NCBI GenBank assembly: GCA_033442325.1
Contig: JAWQFM010000005.1
Coordinates: forward strand, 2,273,772 to 2,337,771
DNA length: 64,000 nucleotides
Direction: 5' to 3'
Source of the DNA: Salpingoeca rosetta
Lineage: Eukaryota > Protista > Choanoflagellata
Shown: one piece after another, positions 50,020 through 64,000 of the stretch
How positions within the stretch are numbered: the first letter of the stretch is position 1
Layout of the letters: each line of letters starts with the position of its first letter
Made by a program: the position numbers and the translations under genes
Notes under the pieces: generated by a model
Seen by the model: the letters and a program-made list of their open reading frames with translations, nothing else
The model's database searches: none
What the model was told of the DNA's origin: nothing

Positions 50020-53000
50020 CTCACTCACACACACGCACACACGCACACACACACACATACGAAAGGTCTGGCCGAGTGCTGACGGAGAGGGAGATTGAGG
50101 ATAAGATTGCGAGCGCGTTTGAGGTTGACCGTGACAATAACCCTGTGGAGGATGCCATTGTGCAAGACATTGACTCGTCCGGTGGAGTCAGGGATGCTGT
50201 TCAACGTGTCATCGATGCAAACTCGCCAACTGGTATTGAGCACCAGCACGCGCCTCATGTTGGGAGGGTGTGTGTGGAGGCGCTGGTGTTGCCATTCTCT
50301 TTGCTGATGTTCTCGTGGGTGGATGAAGTCTCGGGCCGTTCATCCTTCCACCCCAGCGGCTTCATTACACATCAACCGTGACAACATGCCAACTCCCCGC
50401 TGACTTGATCCATTTTCATTCTCACGGCGTCGGTGTCACCATTTCGCCATGCGCTACACTACCGCAGGTGCCACCCTGACAAACTACCTCCAGTCAACAG
50501 AGCAGTCGCTCGGAAACAAGGTGTGCGTGTGTGCGTGTGTGAGTGAGTGTGTGTGTGTGTGTGTGAGTGTGTGTGTGTGTGTGCATGTGTGCGTGTGTGT
50601 GTGAGTGAGTGTGTGTGTGTGTGTGCATACGGGGGACGGTGAATGCGTTCTTCCATGAGTAGGCGGTGTGAACTGCAGCCTGGCAGGAATTGGTCTGGTC
50701 CATGCATGCTTGCGACTTTTTCCTTCTTGTTTGACTCGAGCAGCCATTGAAGACGCTACACACCAAACTCGCACGCAATTGCGTAAACACACCCACCCGC
50801 ACGCCCACTCACGCTGGCACTCCATGCACGGCAGATAATGGAGGAAACGGATGCGGTGGAGACGACGCTGCGAAGCGAGCTTGCAGGCAAGGCCATGTCG
50901 CTGGAAACCCAAATGGACAATGCGCTGAATGCTGTTGCAAACAATATGGAGGAGCTACAGCGGCAAGTCAGGCTGGACTTTGTCGAAGCCGCACACGTGC
51001 GTACCACTTGCAGTCACGCACGACATGCACACAATGACTTGTCCAGTTTGCTGTGCTCGAGCGTGTGCTATTTTGCGTGTTGACACGTTTCCCCCCTGCC
51101 TATTCATGGGACCATGACCATCGTCTCAACTTCACAATGGCATCATGGTGTTGCCATGCACTGTCGTGTCATCATGTCAACAGAACACGTCACAGCGCGT
51201 GTGGAGCGCAGCAACGTCGCTGGAGACGCAGTTCAACGCCGCCATCACAAATGTGCAGGCCGAGGTGACGCAAGTGTCCAACCATGTCGGGGCCAAAGTG
51301 CCGAGCTTGGAGCAAGGGTTGCAGGGCCTGGCCGCTGATATTGGAGGTGTCGACAGTCGCGTTGCCGCCGTGTCCAACGCGGCCACCGCCATTTCGGACC
51401 AGGTTAACCGCTGCCTGCGCACGTGCCCAGCAGGTACGTTTCGCGTGTTTTGTACGTGTGGTGGTTGTTGTTGTGTTGAAATGGGTTGGTGCAACCGTTG
51501 GTCTGTGCCCCTTTGGCCATTTTCACAATTAAGCTGCACCGCGAGACAAACACACACACACACACATACACACACACACATACATATGCACACACACATA
51601 TGCACACACACACATATGCACACACACACACAAATGCACACACACACACACACACACAAATGCACACACACGCACAACGTCTCCCTTGCCATTCTTCCAT
51701 CCATCATATCACTGATCCACAGGCCAATATGTCAGCAGCTGGTGCACGTCCACCTCCCCCAATGCCTGCTCCCCGTGTCCAGCCGACACCTTCAGCCGCG
51801 GCACGGGCCTCGACACCACGTGTGCACCGTGTCCGCTGACCACCTGCCCTGCTGGGACATATGCGCAGTCGTGCAATGCAGCGACAGGCGCGTCCCTTGG
51901 CTGCGCCACCTGCCCATCCAACACCTACCAAGACGAAGACCAGCACGTTTGTACGTGTATGCGTGTGTATGTATGTTTATGATTGCGTTTGTGAATGCGT
52001 TTGTGGATGTGTGTTTATGTGTGAGCGTGTGTGTGTGTGTGTGTGTTCGTGTGCGTTTGCATACATGTGTGAGTGCGTTTGTTTGTTTGTTTGTTTGTTT
52101 GTTTGTTTGTTTGTTTGTTTATTTGTTTATTTGTTTGTTTGTTTGTTTGTTTGTTTGTTTGTTTGTTTGTTTGTTTGTTTGTTTGTTTGTTTGTTTGTTT
52201 GTTTGTTTGTTTGTTTGTTTGTTTGTTTGTCCACGTGGAGCCGCACGATTGTCAATACCCATGCCCTGTGCTTTTCGCCTGTGCTCCTCGTCATTCCCAG
52301 TGCCTCATCATCCTTCTTCTGGCGACATTCATGTGACGCATCTCCCTTGCAGTGCGCCAGTGCAAGCCTTGCAGCTGCCCCAGCGGTTGGCAGCCACTGG
52401 GCTCCTGCGTGCGGGATCAACCCTTCAAGTGTGTGCAGAACTACATTAGCGTGGTAGGTGCATTTCTTTCCCATCACGTCAGAATGGCGTGGCGTGGTGG
52501 TACCCCTGCCTCATTGTCCACCATCTTGATAGTGTTGCGTTGCGCTGACAAAGACGGTGGATAGTTCAGACGTGTTCTCACAGGCTCTTGCGGCGTGCTT
52601 GCATGCAGTTTGATGGCGCTTGCGGCGCCAATGCGTGGCTGCTGACGGGAAAGGCTGGTGGTAAGACCATTGACTAGAATGCGGGTCATGCACACGCGCG
52701 CAAGCAGATGTGGTTGCGGCCTGTTTTGTGAGATAATGTTATCGTTGTTATAGTTGTCTGCCCATGTCAGAGTGCAAGGCTGTTAAAGCAAGTGAGAACC
52801 GTCGTTTTGCTCCACTCTCACATCCTCTCGTGTCAGCATTCTCTCCGATATCACGTCTACATTCGCTGATTTACACCTTTTTGTTTGCTCTGCTTCAGGA
52901 TGTTACACATCCAGCACTCACTCGGGCACATATGTCAGCAGTGGTGACATTGGCGGTGATGACTTTGATGTGTACGCCACGGCGCGCGTGCGCTTTGCGG

Positions 53001-54020
53001 CCGGACGCTACCGCTTCTTCTGTGCGTTCTTCAGCACAGTACATGCGCGCATGTGGTGTGTGCGGTGTGTGCGTGCGTGTTGGTGTGCATGTGCGTGTGT
53101 GCATGTGTGTGTGGTGTGTATTTGTGGGCATATTCTTCGTGTACGTACAACGTGGGAGCTGTGCCTTGATCCAGGCATGGAGCATCATGTGTCTGTGACG
53201 GCCTCACCCGCCTCATGTCTTGCCCATCCTCTTCATCAACTCCACAGGCAGCGCAGATGACTGCTGCTGGATTTCGCTCCGCGGGCCGACCAACGTCAGC
53301 CCCATCAACGTTAGCTGCTACTAGTGGTGTGATGCGTCTTGTATTGCGAACGTGTGAGTGTTGTGATTGCTGTGAACGTGTCCTTGGTGTGAACGTGTGA
53401 TGGCTGTGAACGCGTGACAGGAGACAGCCCGCGACACACGTGTGATGTGGTGTGCACAAGCGGTCGAGCGCAACCCTGTGCATGTCCCCATTTCCTTCGA
53501 ATGAACGTGGCCTCATGTAGCTGTGCTTCTTGTTGTATTCCTCATTCACTGCATTGTCGTTGTCTTCTTCTTGTCTTGCGCCTTCTGCTGCCTTGCATTT
53601 ACAGCCATCGAGTTGCAATGGGTGCACGTCGTGCAGCGGCCACACCGCCTATGCCAACCTTGCTGCTGGAGAGTACACTGTCATGTACCGCGCCCACGAG
53701 CGAGGTACGTCACAATCCCGCCATGCTCACGTTTGTGAAATGGGCGTTTCTGTGCACGCACCGCGTGTGTGTGTGTGTCTGTGTGTGTGTCTGTGTGTCT
53801 GTGTGTCTGCATGCCTCCTCTCTCTGTCTCCCCTCTCTGTCTTTCGCTCTCCCCCTTCTCGTTCTATGAATGCTTTGCACGCGTGGACACTGCCATCGTC
53901 GGCTTGTGCTTTTCTCCGCGCATCTCACCACGTGCCTGTGTGACGGCTGCTCGCTTGCCCACACGTTCACTGATTGCAGGCGGCGGGTTCGGCATGACCT
54001 TCTACATTGATCGCGCCTGA
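48097..54020 (+). CDS. Secreted multidomain protein: signal peptide, 3 sushi/CCP-like modules, coiled coil, TNFR-like Cys-rich repeats, C-terminal PA14-like domain
   Basis: About 15 GT-AG exons splice in frame (48097-48415, 48618-48803, 49195-49374, 49694-49802, 50066-50231, 50468-50520, 50835-50966, 51184-51433, 51723-51950, 52353-52453, 52609-52660, 52899-53021, 53248-53294, 53605-53704, 53980-54020). CTVGC..RYTG..LRC..G..PIC modules; CPAGQYVSSWCTSTSPNACSPCPADTFS; DDFDVYATARVRFAAGRYRFFCSADDCCWISL...NLAAGEYTVMYRAHERGGG. Confidence 0.8.
52077..52230. repeat. (TTTG)n intronic tetranucleotide microsatellite
   Basis: Nearly perfect GTTT tandem array with two TATT variants. Confidence 0.95.
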
Positions 54021-54474
54021 TCCAACGAAGCTACAGCGCCACACTTCATCGTCCTTTCGTCCACCACCACAGCTCCACGTCTGCAGCATCATGTGCTGTT
54101 GTGTGATGTAACCCTCTTTTCGTTTTTCCCCTCATGCTTGTTGCCCTTGTTACGGAGAAATCACACAGTGCTTCTGCTCATGTATGACTGGACGTCTGGC
54201 ATCCTTGTTCTGTTCGTTATTCGTGTTTGATCACACGCTACATCGGTCTCCTCTTTGTTACCTACCCTTCAAGACACCGCCCGTTGGCACATCTGTTCAT
54301 GTCTGGTGTGATTTGTCTCGTTTGAGCACACACATGCCAGCGATTAAATGTTTTGTTTACTACTACTCCTTTCCTACTAGCGAACACGTGTGCAAACAGG
54401 CAGATACAGACGGACAGACGGACAGACGGACAGGTAGACGATACACAGACACAGAAACACACACACACACACAG

Positions 54475-54520
<46 letters not shown>

Positions 54521-54534
54521 CTTGAGCTTGCGTG

Positions 54535-55259
54535 CTATTGCTGCTGCGTCGCGTTGGGTGAGTCTGCTCGTTTCGCCACCTTGGGTGGTGGCCCGTCGCG
54601 TCCGTGACTGTCGTTGTTCGAATCAGCATCGGCAGCATCAGCAGCATCATGAGCTGTTGTGGTCGTGTTTGATGAGAGCGGTGAGGATGCTGATGGTGTT
54701 GTCTCTGCTTGTGCCTTGTTGCTGCCTGCAAGTGCATTGTCACCGTCACCAGCATCAGATGCATTTGCTTGTGCAGATGCTGTGTGCTGATCCCCATTGT
54801 CTGTCTTGTCGCCCTTGTTGTTCTCGTCTGCGTCCGCCGCACCCGGCGCTTCATCATCGCCGTGGTCAGCGTCGTCACTGCGATTGCCAGCGTCGGGCGT
54901 GCTGTCCATGCCTGCCCCGAGCTGCCTGTCCAGCAGTGAGAGCCCGTCGTCGTCGTCGTCATCAGCGTCCATCTGGAACGCGAGCTCGTCCTGTTTCTCT
55001 TCGTCGCCCGTGTCGCCCTCCTTGATGGTCGCCATCGCCGGCTTTCCAATCGCCCGCCGCGGTTTCATCTCAAACTCGTGTGTTGGCGGGCACTTGTCCA
55101 CGGTCACAGACACGCGCGCAAGCTGCGTTGTGTACATTGTGTGTGTATTGACAAGATTCGCTGTGAGAAGCAAACACGAACACAGAGGAGGCACCACAAG
55201 AAGACATGACATGACGTACACAGGCAGCCACACACACACACACACATGCACACACCACA

Positions 55260-55353
<94 letters not shown>

Positions 55354-55405
55354 ACTGACCTTGCAAGCACTGGACCTCGTCCTCTGCAATTGTGCCTTCC
55401 GTCAT
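54535..55405 (-). CDS. Hypothetical acidic low-complexity protein (~224 aa), 2 exons
   Basis: ATG 55405, donor GTCAGT after 55360, acceptor TTCTCACAG before 55160, in frame to TAG 54535-54537. GC-rich codon usage. No recognisable domain. Confidence 0.55.
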
Positions 55406-55940
55406 GTTTGCGCCTTCCTTCTCCGATGTGCGTGTGAATGGATATTGGTTCACGTTTTGCTGAATCGCTTGCTTTGCTTCTTTGGTTTCTTTTCTGATAC
55501 ACAGGTGCAGCACACGACCAGACCAGGCAACACCGCCCTTTCATTATCAACAACAACAACAATCAAGAGAGAGCGGAGAAGAGGATACCAGTCAGCAAGC
55601 GGGGAAGGACGACAACAACAGGCCCCAACTGTGCCAAGGAGACAACAGAGACGACGCACAAGGAGTATGTTGGTGTCATCCGACTCGACAACATGTCGCA
55701 CAACGACAAGCCACACACTGTTGATGGAGTTGGGGCGTGGTGCAGCGAAGAACACGCAGAGCAATTGGCGCAAGAGCGCTTACGGTACGACGGCAGGCTG
55801 GCACGAGCACGCACACAAAACAGCAGTGTATGTTCGGACCAGCGTAACAAACAACGAAACACATGCACACCACAACAAAGGTATATTCAGCTTATAGACG
55901 GTGGTTGCTAGTACATGACAACGTGAAGAATGGCGATTGC

Positions 55941-56554
<614 letters not shown>

Positions 56555-56714
56555 GATTGGGTGTGGGGGTGGTGAAAGGGGTGCTTGTCGTCGACAGGTG
56601 GCTCCGCGTTGAACAGTGGTGTTGGATCAGGTCGTGGAAAATGTCAAGCAATAAGGGCAGGCAGCACAGGAAGACAAGAGGAAGACGATTTTTCAGTTTG
56701 CTCTTGTGTGTGCG

Positions 56715-56729
56715 GTTGCGCTTGGCAAC
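56715..56729. promoter_or_regulatory. RFX X-box-like element upstream of LC8
   Basis: GTTGCG-CTT-GGCAAC, close to consensus GTNRCC-N0-3-RGYAAC, ~160 bp upstream of the LC8 ATG. Confidence 0.5.
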
Positions 56730-56879
56730 AGCCACTGTTTGCTCAGTACGGAAATTTTCAAACTATCCACCACGGTACTAATGCGCAGATTTGTCAGACG
56801 ACAGTTGGTGCGAATCGTATACGTCGTGCAACAGCCATCAGCACAAATTGTGCTGACAGCAGGACAGGCAGCTGCGAAG

Positions 56880-56998
<119 letters not shown>

Positions 56999-57102
56999 AC
57001 ACACACACACACTCTCTCTCTCTCTCTTCTCTCTCAAACTCAAACTCAAACTCAAACAAACAAACACACAATCACTCACACACAGAGAGATTCTCTGTCC
57101 TC

Positions 57103-60100
57103 TCAAACGATCATGTGCCAGAGGTGGGGCGCGTCCACGACAATGTCCAGGGTTGCCTCTTTGTTGCAGCGCGTGAGAGCAGCGTGCAACACGCTTTGCG
57201 TGGCCATCGCCTCGCTGCTGCGCTTGGAAGCGCACTCGCATGCATACAGCACGTGGCTTGCGCGCAGCGCTGCCCGCACAGCCGGCAACCTGCATCCACG
57301 TTCCAGTGCGAGTGAGTGAGTGAGGGAGGGAGCGGGTGAGTGAGGGAGGGAGGAACAGTGCAGGAGAGCCTGGACAAAGACGAACGCAGCAAGGCAGTCA
57401 AGGGAAAACAAACAACAATAACCACAAAAACACACACACACACAAGCTCACACAAACTCACACAAACACAAACACTTGCACATACTCACGCAAACACAAA
57501 CAAACAAATAAACGCACACGCGCACACAGTACGCACCAAGGTGAAGAGCTGAGGACGCGACAGTGTGCGCGTACAATGTCCTCACAGTGGTTCGGATGAT
57601 CTGTGGCACACAGCGTGGCCAGCACATACCCGGCACGGGAAATGTGCACCTCTTCTCGACCAATGCTGGCGCAAACAACATCATGCAGACCCCTGAATGT
57701 TGGAGGAGCAAGTACGACATGGCAACATGCACGGGTGAAGGAGAGCAACTGTCAGCCAGGCCACGTGACCACTCTCTCGTCATTACTTACTTGTACACGC
57801 GCATGGCAGAGCACACAAGCGCAATTACATTACGCGCACGCACACAAACAACACAAACAACACAAACAACACAAATAACACAAATAACACGCAACACACA
57901 ACACAAACAACACACATGTTCACACATTTTCACACACACACACACACACAAAACACACAACGCATACACACACACACACACACCACAACAGCGTACCTGA
58001 GCATTGAGGGAAACCGGGAGGAGAGGGTGATCAGGGAGCGGAGGGCGGTGGTGGCCTTCTCTTCGTCGTCAGCGGTGAGAGGTTGGGGCCACGTCCCTGG
58101 TGACGCCGGCTGAAGAACACTTCGCGCCTCGTACAGCATCAGCTCCCACATCCGCCCAACACGCGGTACCTGCAAGGACGCGCACACACGAAGGTCATGA
58201 ACGGACGCAGCAACCATTAACAGCTCAACCAAGCACAGGCGCATACACATGCGCTAACACAACAAAGATATTCTTTCCAAACACTGGTGTTTGACACACA
58301 TTCACACACACACGCACACATGCTGCAGAGTGCTCGTGTGCACCCGAACACCCACAGTCACTCCAGGCATGGGACCTCAACGGTCAACGCACGTAGCGCT
58401 TGAGCTTCGTTTCGGGCGCCGCTGTCGTCAGCTGGAGAACGAGGTGGTGAACAACGGGGTCGCGCAGCACTCTCGCCGCCTACAGAGCACAGCCACAAGC
58501 GGTACACACGCGTGTGCATCTCTTGTTAGTAAACAACAACAGCAGCCGCACGAACAGTACAGAACACACTCACAGATACACAAGAACACACACTCGTCGC
58601 ACAAACAAGAACACACACACCCTCACAGAACACATACACACGCGCGCACACACATCTCACACACGCACGCGTACCTGTTCGAGGGAAGGGAGAAAGTTGG
58701 CGAGGGTGGATGTGCAGGAGGGGAGGCAGCAGGCAATCTCAAGCAAGAATTGCACTAGCTGCAGGACACACTTGGTCATCTGCTCCACATCGCTCTCCGC
58801 GTGGTGGATCACAATATCCACAAACGGATCAATGACCGTGCTCAGACACGCGCCTGCCAGTAGCCAGTCGGCCTCCGACGTGTTGCGAGCAACAGCAGCG
58901 ACAACAGCGGCCGCGTGAACGAACAGCGAGTGGTAGCGGCGTCGCACCATCTCGCTCCCCGTAAAGTGCAGCAGCCCTTGCAGCATGCCTGCCACCTGCG
59001 GCAGTGAACGGCACACAGCCAATGGAACACGGTGCGCCATCGCCAGCAGGGACAGGCTGGCCAACTGGCTGGCGTCTGGGTTGAGCAGCAGCAGCCACGC
59101 CCCGCTATCCAGGTCATCCTCAACCAGATCAGGCACCGCCAGACACGCGTCGCCGTGACCACCACCAGCGACAGCAGCGTGGTAGCGCCGCTGTGCAGCG
59201 AGCACGGCTGAGACAACGGCATCGCCACTGCACCCGGTCGGCACCTCTCCGCTCCCATACGCGGCGAGCGCCCGTGGGCGGTGCGAGACGGAGAGGTCAT
59301 CCAGCGCGAGCACCAGGTCGTCCTCAAACTGCACGGGCACCGCTGGGACGGCCGAAGCCGTGTCTCCACCGCCTCCCGTCGGTGTTGCCAGCAACGCGTG
59401 ACCCTGCATGGCGGGGCGTGGTCTCGCGAGTTGCGATGGCGTTTGCAGCATTGGTGCCGGCCTGCGCCCGCTCGACCCGTCCGCTGCCACACCGTGATCA
59501 TCGTCGCCATCCCCGCTGTGGACTGCACATTCCACCGCATAGCTCCTCCACCACACCTCGCCCTGCCCCTGCTGTTGTTGCTGCTGTTGTTCGCGTGCTT
59601 CCTGGTCGTTCCCGCCGTCGTGCCCGTCCTTGGCGCCATGATCGCTGCTCGTGTGACTTCGGGCTGCTGCACCGCCCCCAATGATGGTTCCTGCTTTTGG
59701 TTTCCGGCGCTTTGGCGGCGCCAGTAGCCGGGAAACCAGCCGATGCACTGCCCCATCCACGTGCATGTGGGCGTATGCCATGGCTAGACTGCCGTTGGTA
59801 CCGGTGTTGCTGCTGTTGCCGTTGCCGTTGCTACTGCTGCTGTGACTATTCCTCGCGTTGGTGCTTCGGGCAGCGCTGTCTCCACCCGCGACCACCATCG
59901 TCGAGAGCACTGGCAGCCGGCACGCGCCCAGCAGCGCCGTACACACGTGCACCGACGCCGCCTCCAACAGAGCTGCACGCTTGCAGCTGGCGTTGCTGGC
60001 GTTGCTGGCGCTGCTGGCGCTGCTGCTGCTGCTGTCGGTCCCTGCGCTTGCGCGTGTGCCCTGTGCAGTGGCGGGAAAGAGGGCCGGTCGCCAGCGCGTG

Positions 60101-63100
60101 ATCTGGCGAACCAGCGCCATGACGGCATCTGCAGCGTGTTGTGTCGGCTCCACAACACCGCCGCTCACCATTGCGGGGCTCTTGTGCTGCGATATGGACG
60201 GTGCCAGCCCAAGGGAAAAGAGGACAAATTGCACACACGACTCTGCATCCAGCAGCAGCCATTCCAAAGCGTTGCGAGGGCGAGCACCACCGTTGACCCA
60301 GGCCGCCGTGCCACTACCGCCTCTTTCTTGGTGCATGAGGGCGTGTTGGGTGCGCAACACCGCCAGCAGCCGCTGCTCCTGCCCACGGTCCACAGCAATG
60401 CCAACGTTGCTGCTGGTGATGATGGCTGTAGCAGGGGCTGGTGTGGTGCTCAAACCAATGCCGTCGGCGTCGCCGCTGCTGTTCTTGTCGCCTGCTGTGC
60501 TGACGGCCCAAATCCACGCCCACACGCGGGCGACCGCGCACATGTCCAGCACCAGCGCGTCCTTGTTGTGTGGAAGACAGGACCGGTTGGCCTCTGCGCG
60601 CGTCAGGTGCGCGAGCGCATCGTGGGTGAGCGCTGGATCCCACGTCTCAACGACGCGTGTGCTGTCGCTGTCAACACCGTTCACATGCAAGTGAACGCGG
60701 TACGCGACGTGACGCAGCAATGCCCGCTGATCCTCGGCCGAACATACATGCAAAAGCCGTGACAGCATCAGTCGGCCTGAAAACCAAGGGGAAAAGACAT
60801 GAGAGGCGAGGAGGACAGGAAACATACACACATGTACACGACACGACACGTACACAGAGCGACACGTGAACACACACATGTACACACACATGTAAAGACA
60901 CACACACACATGTAAAGACACACACACATGTACACACACACACACCTCTGGCGTCGCGTCGAAGCAGGAGATCAGCAGCTGTTGCGAGAAAGACATCGTC
61001 GATGGCGGTGGTGGGCCAGTCCGCACACCACTCCATCCCAAACACGCGACCTGCGATGCAACAGTAACCGTCGACAGGTGCCAGAGCGAGCAGCGAACAT
61101 AGGTATGTGGAGCACGCAAGAGGATGGTAAGAGCTGGCAGGGTATCGAGCCAACATGCATGGTCAAATACACACACACATGCACATACACATGCACACAT
61201 ACGCACACACACACTCACTCACTCAAACACACACACTCTCACTCAAACACACACTCTCTCTCACACTCACACACCCTTTGCAGATGAGACGAACACGCGG
61301 GTGATGATCGCGCAGACGGCGGCGTGAAGGTGAGCGCGATGGCGCGTCACAACTGCCATGATGGCTGCTCGCAGCTGTGATGCAACTCGTGCGTACATGC
61401 GCACGTGTGTGTGGGCAACTAAGCACGCTGCAATCGCATCCCCAACTGCCGACACCACAGCCTGCTGCGCTGCTGTCAGCGGCTGGTGTTCCTGAGCGGC
61501 ATCCTGCGATGGTGCGGGTGGGAATGCGTGCAGCAGCAGCGGCGTCGCATCAAACCCGCGCGTGCACCCCCGCCTCAGCTGTGACATGGTTGCGTCCTGC
61601 GTCGTCAGCCGTGTCAGCACGTGGTGAGCGTTGCCTTCAGCTGCGTCACCTGCGTCCTCGCTGGTGTGGAGTGGCTCCAGTTCAACGGGTGCACGATGCA
61701 GTGCCGCCTGCTGGAGACTTGCTGCCGTTGCTGCCGTTGCCACTGCTGTTGCTGTTGTTGGTGGTGTTGTAGTTCTGTCCCTTCCCAATACTTGGCGATA
61801 AGCGGTGTGGAAGGACGCCGGCAGTAGAGGGATCGCAGTTTCTTGCTCTTGGGGCATTTCCAGCTGCACACGAACACGCAAACACGCAAACACGCAAACA
61901 CGCAAACACGCAAACACACAAACATTGAGCAGATAATGCACACGCATGCGGAGAGAACAGAGAGAACATGTGAGTAACGAAGCAACGAGCTCAGCAACCA
62001 ATGCAAACACTCACCCCCAGCCAATCCCATACCATCACCGCCGCCACCAAAGCCGTCGCAAGTGCACTGTTCAATCAGACCTGTTTTGCCTTTGCTGTAA
62101 TCCTGCCAACGAGGCCGCGGACATGGGCGAGAGTGCGTGGGCCGAGCGGGTTGCGCTCCTGCTTGCGCTGCTGCTGCTGTTGCTGCCACGATGACGCAAA
62201 TGCTTCGGCGATGTCCGTGATGGTGGCAGCCGTGGCCCGGTTGATGCAACGAAGCACGCGCGTGACCACGGTGAGCGTCGCCTTTGTGGACAAGGAACCG
62301 GACAGCAGCTGCGTAAACTCGTCAGCAACCCTTGCGCCATGTTTGCGACCATGGCCAAGAAGGGTGCCCTCAGCACTTGATGGTGTCATGGACATGCTGG
62401 CCGCTGTCAGAGTGGTGGTTGGGGCTGTTGACGCTGCCGTTCCCGGCTGCATTTGCTCTGTTCTCAGGCATGCTGCAAGTGCAGCGCGCATCAGGGTGCA
62501 TGCCTGGCTGTTCTGCTCGCTCGACAGCACATCCACCGCCCGCTGAAGGTTGTGCCGAATGCTCTGTGCACGTGCAAGTGGCAATCGTTCTCGTAACCAC
62601 TGCTGCAGCACCTCCGCCCGGTTTGCATCGCCTCCACCACCACCATCATTCTCAGTATCACCGCCACCATCACCATCATTGTCGCCAGCATCACCACTGC
62701 GGTGGCTCTTGGCTGGTTGCGTGTGCGGAAAAGTGAGCGTGGCAGCGGCAATGATGGCTGCCTCTGACACTGTGAGTGCGCTCGTGAGCACACGCAGGAG
62801 CACGCGCGAGGGCGTGTCTGCAAGCACGGCGGTCACCACCTCGGTATCCGGTGACTGCAGCCACAAGTGTAGATGCGTGGTGGAAACCACCGCAGGCAAG
62901 ATGCGCAGGCGAATCAGTGCAGCCGCGTGCACTTCACACGGACGCACGCGCTGTACGGCAGCAAGCACGCTTCCGCCCATGTGCTCCAGCACAAGAGAGC
63001 ACAGATTGTCCACGAATGACCTTGCTCCCTCGTACCATGCCGCACCCGCACCACCCGCCGCTGCCGCTGTGATTGCGATGCACATGCTGGCAACCATGCG

Positions 63101-64000
63101 TTCATCCGGCACACAACCCTGTGTTGCAGCTGCTTTTGCTGCGTCTGTCCCTTTTCCTCGCTTTGCGTCTGGCGCCAATCCGTCATCATCATCATCATCA
63201 CCACCACCACCACCACCACCACCACCATGATTATCGCCACCATTGCCGCTGCCAGCTGCGGCCAGGCAGCGCTCCAGCGCCGGCATCACCACAGAGGAGG
63301 AGAGCGCTGTTGCACCGCGGGTGTGGAGCAGCACGCATTCAAGGACGCGCGGGCGGGCGTGTGCAATCAACGACAGTTGAAGCAGCAATGCGTTCACGTT
63401 GTGCTCGCTTCCAGTCTGGTCCTTGATCGCATGCACATCCTCGTTGTCTTCAGCGCCACAATCGGTGTCACAGCCGTAAAGCAGCAAGCCCACGAGGTAG
63501 GCCGCCGCCAGATCGGGTTCTTCTTCGTGCAGTGCGGCCGTTACAAACGACTGCCACAGCACCGCCTCGCTCGTGTTCTTCGTCGCCTCCCCAACAGCTG
63601 TTTCCGCCGCCGCCGTTGCTGCTTCTTGTGGTGTCTCATTGCCGCCATCGTGGCGACGGCACCACTGCATGATCGCCAGCACCACGTCCGCCACCTTCGC
63701 GGGCGTTGCCGCGGCATCAGCCTCCACGCCTCTCAGGCGGTCCGAAACGCGGACGGCAATACTTGCAAGCACAAATCGTGTTGCGGCGCGTGCCTGGGGC
63801 GAGCGGCTGTGCAGGCGCGGCACGAGATCAAGGGTGAGGCGGTGCAGGTCGTGCTCTGGTGTTGTTGCCAGCGACTGCGTGAACTTGGACATGACGGCGG
63901 TGGCGTGGACGCTGCTGCTGCTGCTCAGAAGAAGTTTGCCCAGGATGTTGCCAGGGATGCGCTCAATCAAGTCGCGACGCGTTGCAAGCATGGCGCTCAG
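57103..64000 (-). CDS. INTS1: Integrator complex subunit 1-like, 3' portion (5' end outside the window)
   Basis: Large exons (>64000-62081, from 61863, ~60776-58675 and others). AMAHRVPLAVCRSLPQVAGMLQGLLHFTGSEMVRRRYHSLFVH and HPNHCEDIVRAHCRVLSSSPWLPAVRAALRASHVL parallel recalled INTS1 C-terminal motifs (HPLLLLRHLPMIAALLHGRTHL..F..F; PSIAA.FLP.F..CL.S....VVQTALRNL). Stop TGA 57103-57105. Confidence 0.7.

Overview
This is eukaryotic, gene-dense, intron-rich DNA with (GT)n/(CA)n-laden introns and two assembly gaps. Style and gene content point to a choanoflagellate, most likely Salpingoeca rosetta (inference). Manual splicing along GT-AG boundaries gives 17 protein-coding genes: a PSMD5-like helical-repeat protein (partial), peroxisomal 3-ketoacyl-CoA thiolase, a HET/TIR-like+TPR protein with a CaaX box, STRIP1/Far11, a KLF zinc-finger factor, a CCSAP homolog, an NT5C-like HAD phosphatase, the mitochondrial SAM carrier, a front-end fatty-acid desaturase, a PPR protein, ELMO, PMF1/Nnf1, an atypical bZIP, a secreted sushi/coiled-coil/TNFR-like/PA14 protein, an orphan acidic protein, dynein light chain LC8 and the 3' part of INTS1. 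The standout anomaly is about 290 bp (3552-3840) inside the thiolase gene. It is microsatellite-free with near-uniform base composition, and it sits where the conserved 'MGxTxENVA...QDxFA' segment should be. It puts an in-frame stop in the thiolase. Its antisense strand has an almost fully open frame with a synonymously recoded tandem peptide (LLSAVT x2) and a single TAG followed by a hairpin. Most ORFs in the supplied track are microsatellite or shadow artefacts. All homology calls are from recalled family motifs; no searches were run.
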